Below are positions 21,968 through 34,635 of a stretch of 37,878 nucleotides of DNA, one piece after another. Below the pieces are notes generated by a model that saw only the letters and a list, made by a program, of their open reading frames with translations, was not told where the DNA came from and made no database searches. The first letter of the stretch is position 1; the number at the start of each line of letters is the position of its first letter. Made by a program: the position numbers and the translations under genes. Source of the DNA: Octopus sinensis (lineage: Eukaryota); contig NW_021835887.1 of NCBI RefSeq assembly GCF_006345805.1, positions 1-37,878 on the forward strand, in the 5' to 3' direction.

Positions 21968-23191
21968 TTAGGTTGGGAAAAAGTCCTGTCACATTTTATT
22001 AATTTGAAGGTACTTTATCAATACTTGCGATAAAATAAGCATTAATTTTTACCTTCTAACCGTTCTTTTTCTTTCTCTCTACGCAGATTACTTTATAGTG
22101 TTGTGGTTCAATTCGTATTGATTTTACCCGTTTAAAATGAATTTATATCAAACCCATAAATGACACAGCTTACTGAATGAATTCAAAAGGACACTTCAGT
22201 AATGGAAGCGGCAAGAAATATTCGTTTTGTCTATGGAAACGAAGCTTTTAGTATGCGGAGATGCCGGCATGGTTTGGTCAGTTTCTCCCTGGAAATTTTT
22301 CTGTCTACCAAGTTCTCACAATATGGAGATATCTGAAAACCGTAGTCGAGGAAAATCCATAGCAAACGGTACAGGAAATATCAGATCGGTTCAATTCAAG
22401 TCACACTTCGATCATAAAGCATTTTCGTGAGCTACGAAAAGTCTAAACTTTGTCAATGGATCATTCATCAACTAACTGCTTCTCAGTTTAATGAAAAAAG
22501 TTGCCCCCTGTTTGTCATTGAACTTATTCTGGATACAAATCATCGCAAAAGATGTGAAGCGGATTTTCTATAACCATGCCCAACCGAAACCACAATGGTT
22601 TAGCTCGCAATACAGAAGGAGAATCCACGCCGCCCAAAGCATGACTACACATAAAAAATAAAGTTATGCTCTACGTTTGCTGGGATGTGAAAAGTGTCGT
22701 CTGTCATGAAGTGCTAGATCAAAACGAAGCAGTTAATGTAGAGAAGTATTGTCGTCTCTTCGAAGCATGGCACAAAAATTTGCAGAAAAAGTGAGCATCC
22801 ATCGGTGTTTTGGAAAATTGTGTTGCTCTCACTCGTTAATGTAAGACACATATTGACTCAGGAAAAGATTAATACGGAAGTTGGGCTCTGACCTCCTTAC
22901 TCTCCAGACTTTCCTTCATCAGACGACTATCTTTCCAGATCATTGCAACTTTATTTAGAAGGAATGTAGGTCATTAATTATGAAGGCGTTAAAAGTAATA
23001 TTGACTGTTTCTTTACTTCGAAACCGACAGAATTCTAAGCCCGGAAAATCAACGATTTATCAAATAGATGTCATCGATAGTGAAGCGAAATAAAAATAAT
23101 ATCTTGATTGAACATATCAATTAAGACCAAAGATGGGTGGGTTTTTTTATTTCCCCTCATTAATTTCGGCAGGACTTTTATTCCAGCCTAG
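21968..23191 (+). mobile_element. Near full-length, heavily decayed mariner element
   Basis: TA+TTAGGTTGGGAAAAAGTCCTGTC and GGCAGGACTTTTATTCCAGCCTAG as imperfect TIRs; remnants IIAKDVKRIFYNH (~IVTGDEKW), KVMLYVCWD, PPYSPDFPSSDDYLSRSL. Confidence 0.88.
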
Positions 23192-23466
23192 CAGAATTTA
23201 ATTGCAACATACAGTGGGTGGATGGTGGTGGTCGTGGTGGGATATTTTAGGAAGAAATACAGTAACGAAAAGGTAAGCTTTCAATGGAAAATAATGGTTT
23301 TCAATAAAGTTTTGAACACTCAAGTATTAATAGAGTCGAATAGGGTGAACAGGCGATGTGGTGAAAGCATGAGTTTTCAGTTTGTTTGTTTGTTGTTGTT
23401 TTTTTAGTGAGGGGTCCAGGGATATTGAGGATTGACGTGTTAGCTCATACACCTGGAGAGCAGTCC

Positions 23467-23575
23467 GATGGATAGATAGATAGAGAGAGAGAGAGATAGA
23501 GAGCGAGAGAGAGATAGATAGATAGAGAGAGAGGGGGTAGATAGATAGATAGACAGATAGATAGATAGATAGATA
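23467..23575. repeat. (GATA)n/(GA)n microsatellite
   Basis: Direct reading. Confidence 0.9.
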
Positions 23576-23748
23576 GGCAAGACAATGATAAGAAATGTGT
23601 AGTATTCACACTTGAGCTGCTACTACAGTCGCTGAGTTGCAAATACTAAAATTTATATAATACATTCCGAAACGTATGTGTGTGTGAGTCTATATGTGTA
23701 CTTGTGTGTGTGTTATTGCGAATGTGTCTGTATACACATACATACACA

Positions 23749-23796
<48 letters not shown>

Positions 23797-23814
23797 TACA
23801 TATATATATATATA

Positions 23815-23945
23815 CAGGGTGTTCCAAAAAAATGTATACAGATAGTGGTTCGGCAAAAGAGAACGATAGAATAAGTACTAGGCTTACAAAGAATAACAAA
23901 TTTACAATTATTTAAGGTGTGTATACATTTTTTGGGGACACCCTG
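23815..23945. mobile_element. 131-bp Tc1/mariner-type MITE with an internal SINE A fragment
   Basis: 26-bp TIRs CAGGGTGTTCCAAAAAAATGTATACA / TGTATACATTTTTTGGGGACACCCTG (2 mismatches), TA on both sides; 23843-23896 matches SINE A body. Confidence 0.88.
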
Positions 23946-23989
23946 TATATATATATATATATGCATGCATACATACATACATACATACA

Positions 23990-24020
<31 letters not shown>

Positions 24021-24404
24021 GATGTAAGAATACATATGCATGTATGTATGTATATATGTACCTATACTATCGGCTTGTATATGCGTGTTGTTATGTATGT
24101 GTATGCATATGGTTGTGTGCTTCCGTATATGCGCATGTATTTATGTATATGTCTATGTATAACGTGCGTACTTGTATCTGTGTATCTCAGCCACTGTGTG
24201 TGTGTGTGTTATAAGCAGTGATGGCGGATTGCATGGACGCCATGTGTGCATACAGGAAGTAGTTTTCAAGGGACCACAATCTGAAGTGGGTTCATTAAGA
24301 CCTAATGATGGGAGCAGTTAATTAGCAGATTAATTAAAACTGCACGCAAGTTATTTAATTACAAAGTGACGATCTGCTGAGTGTTATTAAGTTCATATAC
24401 CGAC

Positions 24405-24687
24405 ATATATGTGAATGTATACATGCATATACATATGTGTATGTATATATATATATATGTATATCATATATATATGCATGTGTATGTATGCATGTGTGTA
24501 TATGTATGTTTGTATGATTGTATGTATATACAGTATATTTCTCATACGTAATTTCAATTCTATAAAGTTTTAAGCTCTATGATATATGTGTGTGATATAT
24601 ATGTGTGCGTATATATATGAGTATGTGTATCAATGTATATATATATATGTATGTATATATATATACATATATATACGCATATGTATA

Positions 24688-24727
<40 letters not shown>

Positions 24728-24852
24728 ATATATATATAATATGTATGTATATATATAAAAATATATATGTATGTATATATATTATATATATATATGTATA
24801 TATAGATAGATAGATAGATATATAATATTATATATATATATATATATATATT
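24405..24852. repeat. (TA)n/(TG)n low-complexity region
   Basis: Direct reading. Confidence 0.85.
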
Positions 24853-24855
24853 ACT

Positions 24856-25016
24856 ACGAGCATTTTTCAGTTTCCGTCTACCAAATCTACTAACAAACTT
24901 TTGGCCGGCCCGAGGTTTAAGTAGAAGACACTCACCCAAGGTGCCACGCAATTGGACTGAACCTGGAACCATGTGGTTGGGAAGCAAGATCCTTACCACA
25001 CAGCCACTTCTGCGCC
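24856..25016 (-). mobile_element. SINE family A, 5' half
   Basis: Reverse complement of family A head (CTTACCACACAGCCACTTCTGCGCC) up to the internal microsatellite. Confidence 0.88.
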
Positions 25017-25065
25017 TATATATACTTACACACACCACACACACACACACAACACACACACACAC

Positions 25066-25134
<69 letters not shown>

Positions 25135-25170
25135 TGCATGCATGGTTAGATAGATAGATAGATAGATAGG

Positions 25171-25204
<34 letters not shown>

Positions 25205-25652
25205 TAGATGATAGATAGATAGATAGATAGATAGATAGAAGCATCTCATTAGTATGCTGAGAATTAAATAGACAAGCAATCAAACAGTTGGTTCAACTTT
25301 CACAACTACTGATTTTCCCAACGGTTGTAGAATTAACACGTGTCTCCCTGGTTGATCAGCAAAAGTTCCTGGCTGCTGCTTATAGATTCAAATATGGCGG
25401 TTTTTCGTTGAATTGAGAAGGAAATTACTGCAGTATACTGCCTGACTCCCCGTCTAATAGTTTGACAAATATTATGTCATGTGTTATGTCACGTGGTATG
25501 ATAAACGCCGAGCGATTCCAGTATCTTAGATTCAGAGATATTATTTTATTGTTTGTTGTTTCTTAGGTTTTTTTTATGGGTTGTTTTGGATCCAAATAGT
25601 CTTAGATGTTCGGGCATGTCTCCACTACAGATTTTTCGCAACAATAACAATA

Positions 25653-25882
25653 ATATTTCTTTCTACGTTAAGCATAAAGCCTGAAACTGGGGTGGTTGGG
25701 GGATAGTCGGGTACATCAACCGCATTATTCTGAGTAGATGAAATAACTAGTAGTTATTTGATCTACTCTTCGTGTAGATGAGCGGCAAAGTCGACGACGG
25801 CGACATATGAACTCAGAACGTAAAGACAAACGAAATACCACGAAGCATTGTACCCGACATACTAACAGTTCTGCCAGCTCGC
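25653..25882 (-). mobile_element. SINE family B copy (diverged)
   Basis: GGCAAAGTCGAC...GAACTCAGAACGTAAAGAC...TTCTGCCAGCTCG. Confidence 0.8.
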
Positions 25883-25914
25883 AACTTTGTCCCCACCCTT
25901 AATAATAACAATAA

Positions 25915-26133
25915 TAATCCTTTGTACTAAAGGCACAGTGCTTGATATTTTGTGGGGGAGGGGACTAGTCGATTACATCGAGCTCAGTGTTTGACTGGTA
26001 CTTAAATTATCGACCCCGAATGGATGAGAGCAAAGTCGACCACGGTGGAATTTGAACTAGGAACGAATCGACGGGCGAAATACTGCTAAGCAATTTGTCC
26101 AACGTGCTGACGATTCTGCCAGCTCACAGCCTT
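25915..26133 (-). mobile_element. SINE family B copy
   Basis: GGATGAGAGCAAAGTCGACCACGGTGGAATTTGAACT...GATTCTGCCAGCTCACAGCCTT; followed by (AAT)n 26138-26250. Confidence 0.88.
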
Positions 26134-26148
26134 CATATAATAATAATA

Positions 26149-26200
<52 letters not shown>

Positions 26201-26373
26201 CAGAATTAGTAATAATAATAGTAATAGTAATAATAGTAATAATAATAATGATGATGACACATATACGTGTATATTGTATTTCATATATATATATATATAT
26301 GTGTGTGTGTGTACCTCTAGTATTATATATGTGTGTATACACATATATATATATTTATACAGATAAAGAACGG

Positions 26374-26445
26374 GATAGACAGACAGGCAGATAGATTAGA
26401 TATATAGATAGATGCAGATAGATAGATAGATAGATAGATAGATAG

Positions 26446-26490
<45 letters not shown>
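26374..26490. repeat. (GATA)n microsatellite
   Basis: Direct reading. Confidence 0.9.
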
Positions 26491-28944
26491 GCCCTAAGGG
26501 AGGAAGACAAAGAGAGATGTAGGCGCGCATATACGTTACAGAATTGATTGGCATTATTTCGTCGTTGGTCGACTGTATTTCAGAGGCACTAACTTAACCA
26601 TCTCTTCTGGGTCTAGGGAGTGTCTAGAAAGAAGATTTAGCCCCATGTACCCTTACCACGCTTCCTCTCAGGAATACGCCATGAAGGAAATATAAGTCAA
26701 TTTGTTGGCAGCATCTGTGAGGGCTGCAGAGGACGCCAGATATTGGTTAAGTGTATCTGTACACATATCCTTTTGGGTCTACGCCTCTAGAGTTTCTTTC
26801 CTTAACGCTCAATAAATTATTCCACAAGGTCGCTGGAATTTATAATTATCAAGGCCATAGTTTGTACAAAACCAGTCCCACTTTCTCATCCTTCCGGCTT
26901 GTATTGGCTCTTTTGCAATAAGTGACGCAAACCCAGGCGTTATAAGGTTAAGGGATTTGCATAGAGTTACCTTCTATTAGATGAGCTGCGAAAGAGCTGA
27001 AGAGTATCATTTACTCTGGGTCCCGTGCGGTGTCTGGGAGTGACATTATTCCAGAGGAAACGTTGCATAAACAACACCAACAACGATAAAACATTGTGTT
27101 GTTTATTACGTGTAAATGAGCGGAGCGATAAGAAGATATCGATAAAGACTGGATTCGTTGCGAATGGACTATTCCACGAAAAGCTCTTGGAGGTGGTGCC
27201 TCTGCACGACATCGATCTACTGAAGCTAAACACAATTAAATGAATGTCACTTGGAATAAATATATATATTTTGTTATATTAGATCAGCGATTACCAGCCT
27301 AATGTCCACAAATTCATGTTGGTTCACAGAGGTAGGTTTTAAGGTCCGTGAGTTGTGTACAAAACATTAAAAGGCTGTAGTTTAAAGCACATAATTACGA
27401 TATTTGCGGTTCGGAAGACGCACTGTTTTGTAAAAAAGAAATCGCTTTGAATATGACCATGAATCTTTCACGATGCTAGTTGAGTAGTTATCTCTATGGT
27501 TTTGTACTCGGGTACCGAGAGCTGGTAGGTGGTCACCATTGTGGGAAGGCATGATCACGATATAGTTTGAATGATTGCAGGACAGTTAAAGCTAAGACAC
27601 AGTGTTGTGTACTACAATAAAAAATACCCGGTAGTAAGCCACCCAGTGGGTGGCCATTGTCGGATGGTTTCACATAAGTAATCCGCTGGTTTGCCTGCAA
27701 ACTTTGTCTGATAACAAGCGCTGAGAGTTGCCCGTTCATGTAAATAAGGGTTTGATAAATATAAAATATCCTGTCTTCAGAATTACATTTCCAAAATCAG
27801 GGTTCGGCGTCCACGATGCAGCGTCTGCCATGCCGCAATATACGAGACTCAGTTATACATAATTATTCAATTGATTATAGCTTCCGATTGAAAAAACGAG
27901 CTTGCTAGCTAATAAAGTCGACAGGCATTTTAAAAGCCTGGGGTCCACGAAGAAATTGGTTTAATATAAAGCGAGTTCTTGATAGCAAAAGATTTTGGAA
28001 AATCTGTATTAGCTGTATGAATCTGCCGGTATTGTCATAGATTTAGCGAAGTAACCTGCTTCCAGTTCTCTCAGTTGCATAGAATGTAGGTTTCTACATC
28101 ATTTAGTGATGTTGTCTGCAACAGATTAGCATCCAATCCACTGCAATAATCGCCTTGGATTAAATGTCTAAGATTTGATCTTTTTTACTCTTTTTAGTCT
28201 TGGAGACGCAATTATCACTTTTGTTTAACTCAACGGCTGCATGACTTGTTTAGTTAATTGCATATGGGCTATCGTGAACAATAGCGTCGATACCTATAAT
28301 GTCCCAAAGGAGAGCTATTCATTGTTTCAGTATATTTATAAAAGCCAGAGTAGCAAGGGAGTGTCTGTGTAATTCGAGCGTAATAAATACCAAACAAGGG
28401 ACTTGAATTCAGAAAATAAAGAACAGAAACAGTCGTTATACACGCATACACACACGCACACGCACGGACGAACTGACAGACAGACAGATAGATAGATGTA
28501 TATGTATATGCTATAAATGTATATGTTTACATATACTGTCGCAAACACATGCACACAGACGCATACAAACATACACACACACACACATATATATCTGTGT
28601 GTGTGTATAAATATATATATGTATATATATATTTATTATATAGAAGGATTGAGTACCTTATTTACTGTGGTTAACCCCGACTCAACCCGGGACCTACATA
28701 TGTATATATATATATAATATATATATATACACATACATACACACATATGCACTTACGTAGAGGCATACACACGTACTAATAAAAGTATATGTCATATATT
28801 TAGGGTCTGCGAGATAAGTTTTACAAGGCGGAGCAAAACAACCTTTGGGGTTCCGGATTGGAAGTGGGGTCCTCAAAGCTAAAGGAGCTGACATACAGAT
28901 ACATATATGTGAAGTTACACACACACACGCGACAGCTATATTAT

Positions 28945-29175
28945 TACTCTACCAAGGCTCAGAGAACCAGTCACTCGGCCTCCACGGCGCATGAATGATC
29001 GATATAAAAGCATTTTCTCTAACAAAGTGCCAGTCTATCGTAGGATTACTTGTTCACAGCCGAGAGGACGGACTGGAGCAACGCGAAAGGCAGTATTTTG
29101 CTCAAGAATACATCGCATCCCAGGCCTGCGAATCGAAACCAAAAGCAACACCCTAAAAGTTAACACCATAGTGCT
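28945..29175 (-). mobile_element. Diverged SINE related to family C
   Basis: TTTTGCTCAAGAATACATCGC...GAATCGAAACC is the reverse complement of the family C head; ends approximate. Confidence 0.55.
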
Positions 29176-29194
29176 AAATATATGTGTATATATA

Positions 29195-29228
<34 letters not shown>

Positions 29229-29428
29229 TTAGAGTGAGATAGAGAGATGGAGAGAGAAAAAGAGCGTGACAGACAGGACAGACAGACAGGGTGACTAATA
29301 CATAGGCCCGATTATTTTACTCATACTATATTTTTTAACCTCTAGAAGAAAAGTATAATTTCATCTTTATATGTGTGAGAGTATTATTATTCATGTATAT
29401 ATATATATATATATGCACATGTATATAT

Positions 29429-29474
<46 letters not shown>

Positions 29475-30374
29475 ATATTATATATATATACATGTGCATA
29501 CACACAAGCACACACATATGCATATAAACAGGAAGACAAAAACAGATAGATAGACAGACAGAGAGACAAGCAGACAAACAGACAGGCAGAGAGACAGTAG
29601 AGAGAAGCTATATACAGTTGTGGAAATCAGCTGCCCAGCGTATGTTAATCTAAAGCTACAGACAAGCGAAAACGAAAACACGTTTGCGAAATTATTGAGC
29701 AATTTACAGTTACTCTACCCGGGTAACAAGTTCAGGTTTACAAATTCAAGTTTCTGTAATTGTTGAGGCACTGCAATATGTGACCAACTGACTAAGCACC
29801 AGTTTTGAGAAATTAAGCTTCTCAAAACTAGAAAGGAGAAGCTAATTGAAAGCTTAGAGATTCGAGTAATCAATAAGACTATAAAAATTTGCAAAACTTT
29901 GCAAAAGTCTAGCGTTTAAGTATACACGTGCGCGTCAAGCCGTGCAACTGTATGCTTGAGAATCCATACATAAAGCAAAACATATAAATCTGCACAGGCA
30001 CTGACAACAAATACTGCACACATACACACAGACATGCACAAATATCCTGCTGCGGTTGTGGAAATGTCAATGCAAGCCTTCGACCTAGGTTAGAAATCGG
30101 CACTTTCTCCATTGGCAAGAAATCTTGAAAAAAAATTAATAATAACATAATACATGGCATATATGAAAGGAATTCCCCGAAATTATAAGGATCCAAAGTG
30201 GATACATAAAAAGAAAGGGGAATATTTAGGAGAAGGAAACTGAAAGGGTTGGAATATTATGTAGGTCTTATATGAGTTAAGGAATGCGCAGAGGTTTCGT
30301 CGTTCTCATTGATGGGTGGTCCCAGACAGTCTGGTGCTGTGGTGCACGTGGCCGAAATTGGCACTCTTTTGGTC

Positions 30375-30608
30375 CCAGTTGATCCGATCAATGGAACAGC
30401 ATGCTCGTGAAATTAGCATGCAAGTGGTCCGAGCACTCTACAGAAACTTGTACCCTTAACGTAGTTCTCAGGGAGATTCAGCTTGTCACACTCTGTGTCA
30501 CACTGAATCTCCCCGAGAACTACGTTAAGGGTACACGTGTCTGTGGAGTGCTCAGCCACTTGCACGTTAATTTCACGAGCAGGCTGTTCCATTGATCGGA
30601 TCAGCTGG
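30375..30608. repeat. Long inverted repeat: ~107-bp arms, 21-nt spacer
   Basis: 30375-30481 is the reverse complement of 30503-30608 with about 10 differences. Confidence 0.95.
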
Positions 30609-30979
30609 AACACTCGCCGTCGTACATGTATCAATTACGTGTATGCCTATGCATATGTGTGTGTGTGCAGAAATACATCAGTGTATGTCTGTACATGTGA
30701 GTATACACACACACACACACACACAGAAGAGGAGGGAGTGAGGCAGAGAAAGAGAACGGACTCTCCTGTCGTAGACGAAAATGAGCGTTTCGAATTTCCT
30801 TGATGAACAACCTGCGCAGAGAATGTGCTAATAGGAATCAAATATTCACTTCCTCTATCAAATCGACTTTACTTCTGGTGTGCCACATGTCAGGTGTTCA
30901 AGTAATCGCAAAACAACGTAAGATGAAGTATCTTGCTCGAGAACAGGAATCTTGAAGTTGTATGACATGCTAACCATAT

Positions 30980-31025
30980 TATAATAATAATAATAACAAT
31001 AATAATAATAATAATAATGATAATA

Positions 31026-31067
<42 letters not shown>
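30980..31067. repeat. (AAT)n microsatellite
   Basis: Direct reading. Confidence 0.95.
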
Positions 31068-31068
<1 letters not shown>

Positions 31069-31559
31069 TAATTCGTTTATTGGCCACAAGGGCCAACAAA
31101 GATCAATTATAACATTTAGGGACAAAATACAGGACGAAAGTTACAAAGGGTTTTGTAATAACATTGAATAATACATTAGGAATGAGAACCCAGATTTGAA
31201 ATTTCCCCAAGACACCTGATGAAGGCTGTGGAGGGTAACAAAGAAGATGAGGACAAATATCCGTCAAATGTAAATAATGTAAATAATGTAAATGATTCCT
31301 CATTTCTTAAATATAGAATTACACATGCACAGCATTGAATGTGTGACTACAAATACCCAGGATCTCAGCTGCATCAAAACTTAATAGTAAAGTACACATA
31401 AAAATAATTAAGACAATATATTCTAATTCCTTAAAATTGATGATCGAATTGCAGATTTTAATTACAATCGTTTAAGCCTGTTACATTAAACCTAGTAACG
31501 CCCTCGTGCGTACACGTCTTGCGATGTCGTATCATATATATCGTTCATGTGTGTGTGTT

Positions 31560-31812
31560 GGGGTGTGTGGCATAGTGGTTAGGGTGGTGGATTCATAATC
31601 GTAAGATTGTGGTTTCAATTCCTGGACCGATCGACGCGTTGTGTTCTTGAGCAAAACACTTCCTTTCATGTTGCTCAAGTCCGCACAGCCGGCAAAAAGG
31701 AGTTAAACCCTGAGAGGGACTGGCGTCCCGTCCAGTGGAGAATATATACACCATTGAAACCGGGAAACCTTATGAGTCGGTAGAACTGGAGACTGTAACT
31801 TTACTCTTTACC
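31560..31812 (+). mobile_element. tRNA-derived SINE family C
   Basis: GTGGCATAGTGGTTAGG A box, GGTTTCAATTCC B box, GTGTTCTTGAGCAAAACACTT, GACTGGCGTCCCGTCCAG, short TTTACTC tail. Confidence 0.8.
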
Positions 31813-31857
31813 TATATGTGTATGTGTATATAATATATCTATATATATATATATACA

Positions 31858-32146
31858 TGGAGGCAGCGGACTCGCGGTCGGAGGATCGCGGTTTCGATTC
31901 CCAAACCGGGCGTTGTGTATGTTTATTAAGCAAAAACGCCTAAAAGCTCCACGAGGCTCCGGCAGGGGATGGTGGTGACCCCTGTTGTACTCTTTCGCCC
32001 CAACTTTCTCTCACTGTCTCTTCCTGTTTCTTGAGTAACGCCGCGATGGACTGGCGTCCTGTCCAGCTGGGGGAGAACATATATGCCACAGAAACCGGGC
32101 CCATGAGCCTGTCTAGGCTTGAAAAGGGCGTATAAATAATAAATAA
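31858..32146 (+). mobile_element. tRNA-derived SINE, family C-related variant
   Basis: GGTTTCGATTCCC B box; shares GACTGGCGTCCTGTCCAG...GAAACCGGG with 31560-31812; AAATAAT tail. Confidence 0.75.
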
Positions 32147-32367
32147 TATTTCTTCCATGTATGCTTGTGTGGGGGGGGGCTGTGTGTGCGTGTGTGTGTG
32201 TGTGTGTGGTGGTGTATGTGTGTGTGTGTTGCTCAGGCATAGTAGTGCCAATAAACTAGTGTTAGAACTCAATACACACATGCTTCAGAGAAAGGAATTA
32301 GTTGAATACAGAGTGTGATAAGAGATTATATTAAAGACAAGGGGACAAGAAATTATGTAATGAATTT

Positions 32368-32426
32368 CATTAGCTTACAGCTGTTTCTGCAATTAGCTGC
32401 AATGCGCTCATAGATCAGAGCTTATG
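32368..32426 (-). ncRNA. Decayed type I hammerhead ribozyme
   Basis: Minus strand: CATAAGCT CTGA[TCTA]TGA GCGCAT TGCAG-CTAA-TTGCA GAAAC AGCT GTA AGCTAATG; 7/8-bp stem I, same stem III as 7598-7653, 4-nt insertion in the first core box. Confidence 0.6.
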
Positions 32427-32878
32427 TATTATGCTATAGCTTCGTCGAATGTATATAGAGTGAGAGAGAGATAACAAAATAGAGAGAGAGACAGAAATAG
32501 AGACAGACAGTTAGACAGACAGATTGACAAACAGACAGACAGTGAATTAAATTGTATTGATGAAGCCCCTGATCCGTTATAAATATTGCTGAACTTATCA
32601 TCTGCAAACTTCTCATCTGCTGTGAGATTGACAGTCAGTATTGATGAAATGGGTTGGGTTCGGAATATGAAGCCATCGCCAGCTAAGGACACAGTCCAAC
32701 TGCTGACCTTGGTCGGGGGAATTCGATTAGTGGGAGGTCAGCTGAAGGAATGGTGTTACAACAGCCAGTCGCGAACGGCGACGAAAGAACTTTGACTAAA
32801 CAAGCTGACTAATTAATTGACTGATTTAATGATTAACCAGACAATGGATTAGTCAATTGGGTAAACGTTGACGAATTG

Positions 32879-32899
32879 AATAATAATATAATAATAATA

Positions 32900-32940
<41 letters not shown>

Positions 32941-32963
32941 GTAATAATAACAATAATAATAAC

Positions 32964-33007
<44 letters not shown>

Positions 33008-33017
33008 TAATAATAAT
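32879..33017. repeat. (AAT)n microsatellite at SINE B tail
   Basis: Direct reading. Confidence 0.95.
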
Positions 33018-33216
33018 GGTTTCAAATTTTGCCACAAGGGCAGCCATTTTGAGGGAGGAGGTGTGTCGATTACAGTGTTTCACTTAATTTATTGACTCCG
33101 AAAGGAAGAAAGGTAAAGTCGACCTCGGCGGAATTTGAACTAAGAATGTAGCGACGGATGAAATTCTGCTAAGTATGTTCTCTTACGTGCTAGCGATTCC
33201 GCCTGCTCGTCGCCTT
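33018..33216 (-). mobile_element. SINE family B copy
   Basis: AAAGGTAAAGTCGACCTCGGCGGAATTTGAACT...GCTCGTCGCCTT. Confidence 0.9.
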
Positions 33217-33767
33217 ACTACAAACGAATAAAAATAAAATAGTAAAATATTACCAGCACGTGTATTTATTATCGACATAATGACCCTCCCGAGATAAATA
33301 ACTAAAGAATGAATGAAAGAACGAAAGAAAACGAGAAAGAAAGAAAGAAAGAAAGAAAAAGAGTTTATGAGAGAAAGGGAATGTTCAATAAGTGCTATGA
33401 TGGTGGTGTAGAGTGATGTTTAGCTTGATCAACCCTGTCTGAGCAGACATGTAATCAAAAATGTACCAGGCGTGACCATCATCCCTATAATTAAAACGAT
33501 ATAGTACTATTTGAGGGAGGCGTAGCTACTATTTCTGGAAGGCCATCTGACCACATAAAGGCTCCGTCGCTGAATCGGTTTCGTCATCGATATTGTTCTT
33601 GTTGTTTAGATATTTTTAGCTCCAGGTAAATCTTTACATCAAATTTTAAATGACGTTCCAGCTGTGACCACCACATAAAGGTTCTAGTAAAGGTTACCAG
33701 CGTTTATTGATGTATCATTGAATGCGTGTTAGTCTTTGTGTGTATGTGTTTGTGTGCGATCACTTGT

Positions 33768-34160
33768 GAGGGTAAGGTAGGGAATTTGCTTCTCAACCAC
33801 ATGGTTCCGGGTTCAGTCCCACTGCTTGGCACCTTGAGCAAGTGCCGTCTGCTATAGCCTCAAACCGACCGAAACGTTGTGAGTGAATTTGGTCGACGGA
33901 AACCGAAAGAAGTCCATCGAATATATGTAGGTGTGTGAGAGAGAGAGAAAAAAAGAGAGTGAGTGAGTGTATGTGTATGTAAGTGTGTCTGTGTGTGCGT
34001 GACAGCCGGTGCTGGTTTGTTTACGTTCCCGTAGCTTAGTTGTTCAGGAAAAGAGAGGCAAAATAAGTACCAAGCTTAGAAAAACACCGGATTGGGGTCC
34101 ACTAAACCCTTCGTGGCAGTGCCCCTGCATGGCCACAGTCCAGTGACTGAAGCAAGAAAG
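33768..34160 (+). mobile_element. SINE family A copy (diverged)
   Basis: AACCACATGGTTCCGGGTTCAGTCCCACTG...GACGGAAACCGAAAGAAG...GCATGGCCACAGTCCAGTGACTGAAGC. Confidence 0.85.
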
Positions 34161-34179
34161 ATTTGTTTTTCAAATAAGA

Positions 34180-34635
34180 TATACATGTATGTATGTTTGT
34201 GTGTCTACGCGTGTCTGCGTACGTGTGTGAGTGTGAGTGTGTCTGTATGTATGTATGCGTGTATGTATGTACGTATGTACGTATGTATGCATGCCTGCAT
34301 GTACTATGCATGTATGTATGTATGTATGTATGTATGTTTGTATGTATGTGTGTATGTATGTATGTTTGTATGTGTGTACGTATGTATGTATCTATGTACG
34401 TAGAACGTATATACGTGTATATGTATGCCTGCATGTACTATGCATATGTGTATGTATGTATGTTTGTATGTATGTATGTATGTTTGTATGTATGTTTCTA
34501 CGTACGTACGTATGTATGCATGTATGCATGAATTATGTTTGTAAGTATGCATGCACGTATTGTGTATGTATTATGCATGTATGTATACACACACACGTAA
34601 GCACACTTGTGTCTGTGTGCGCGTATGCATGTATG
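34180..34635. repeat. Degenerate (GTAT)n repeat
   Basis: Direct reading. Confidence 0.9.

Noticed and set aside
25385-25500. YY1-like AATATGGCGG and E-box GTCACGTG as Maf promoter
   Set aside because: Short motifs expected by chance; no supporting evidence for a TSS or donor site.
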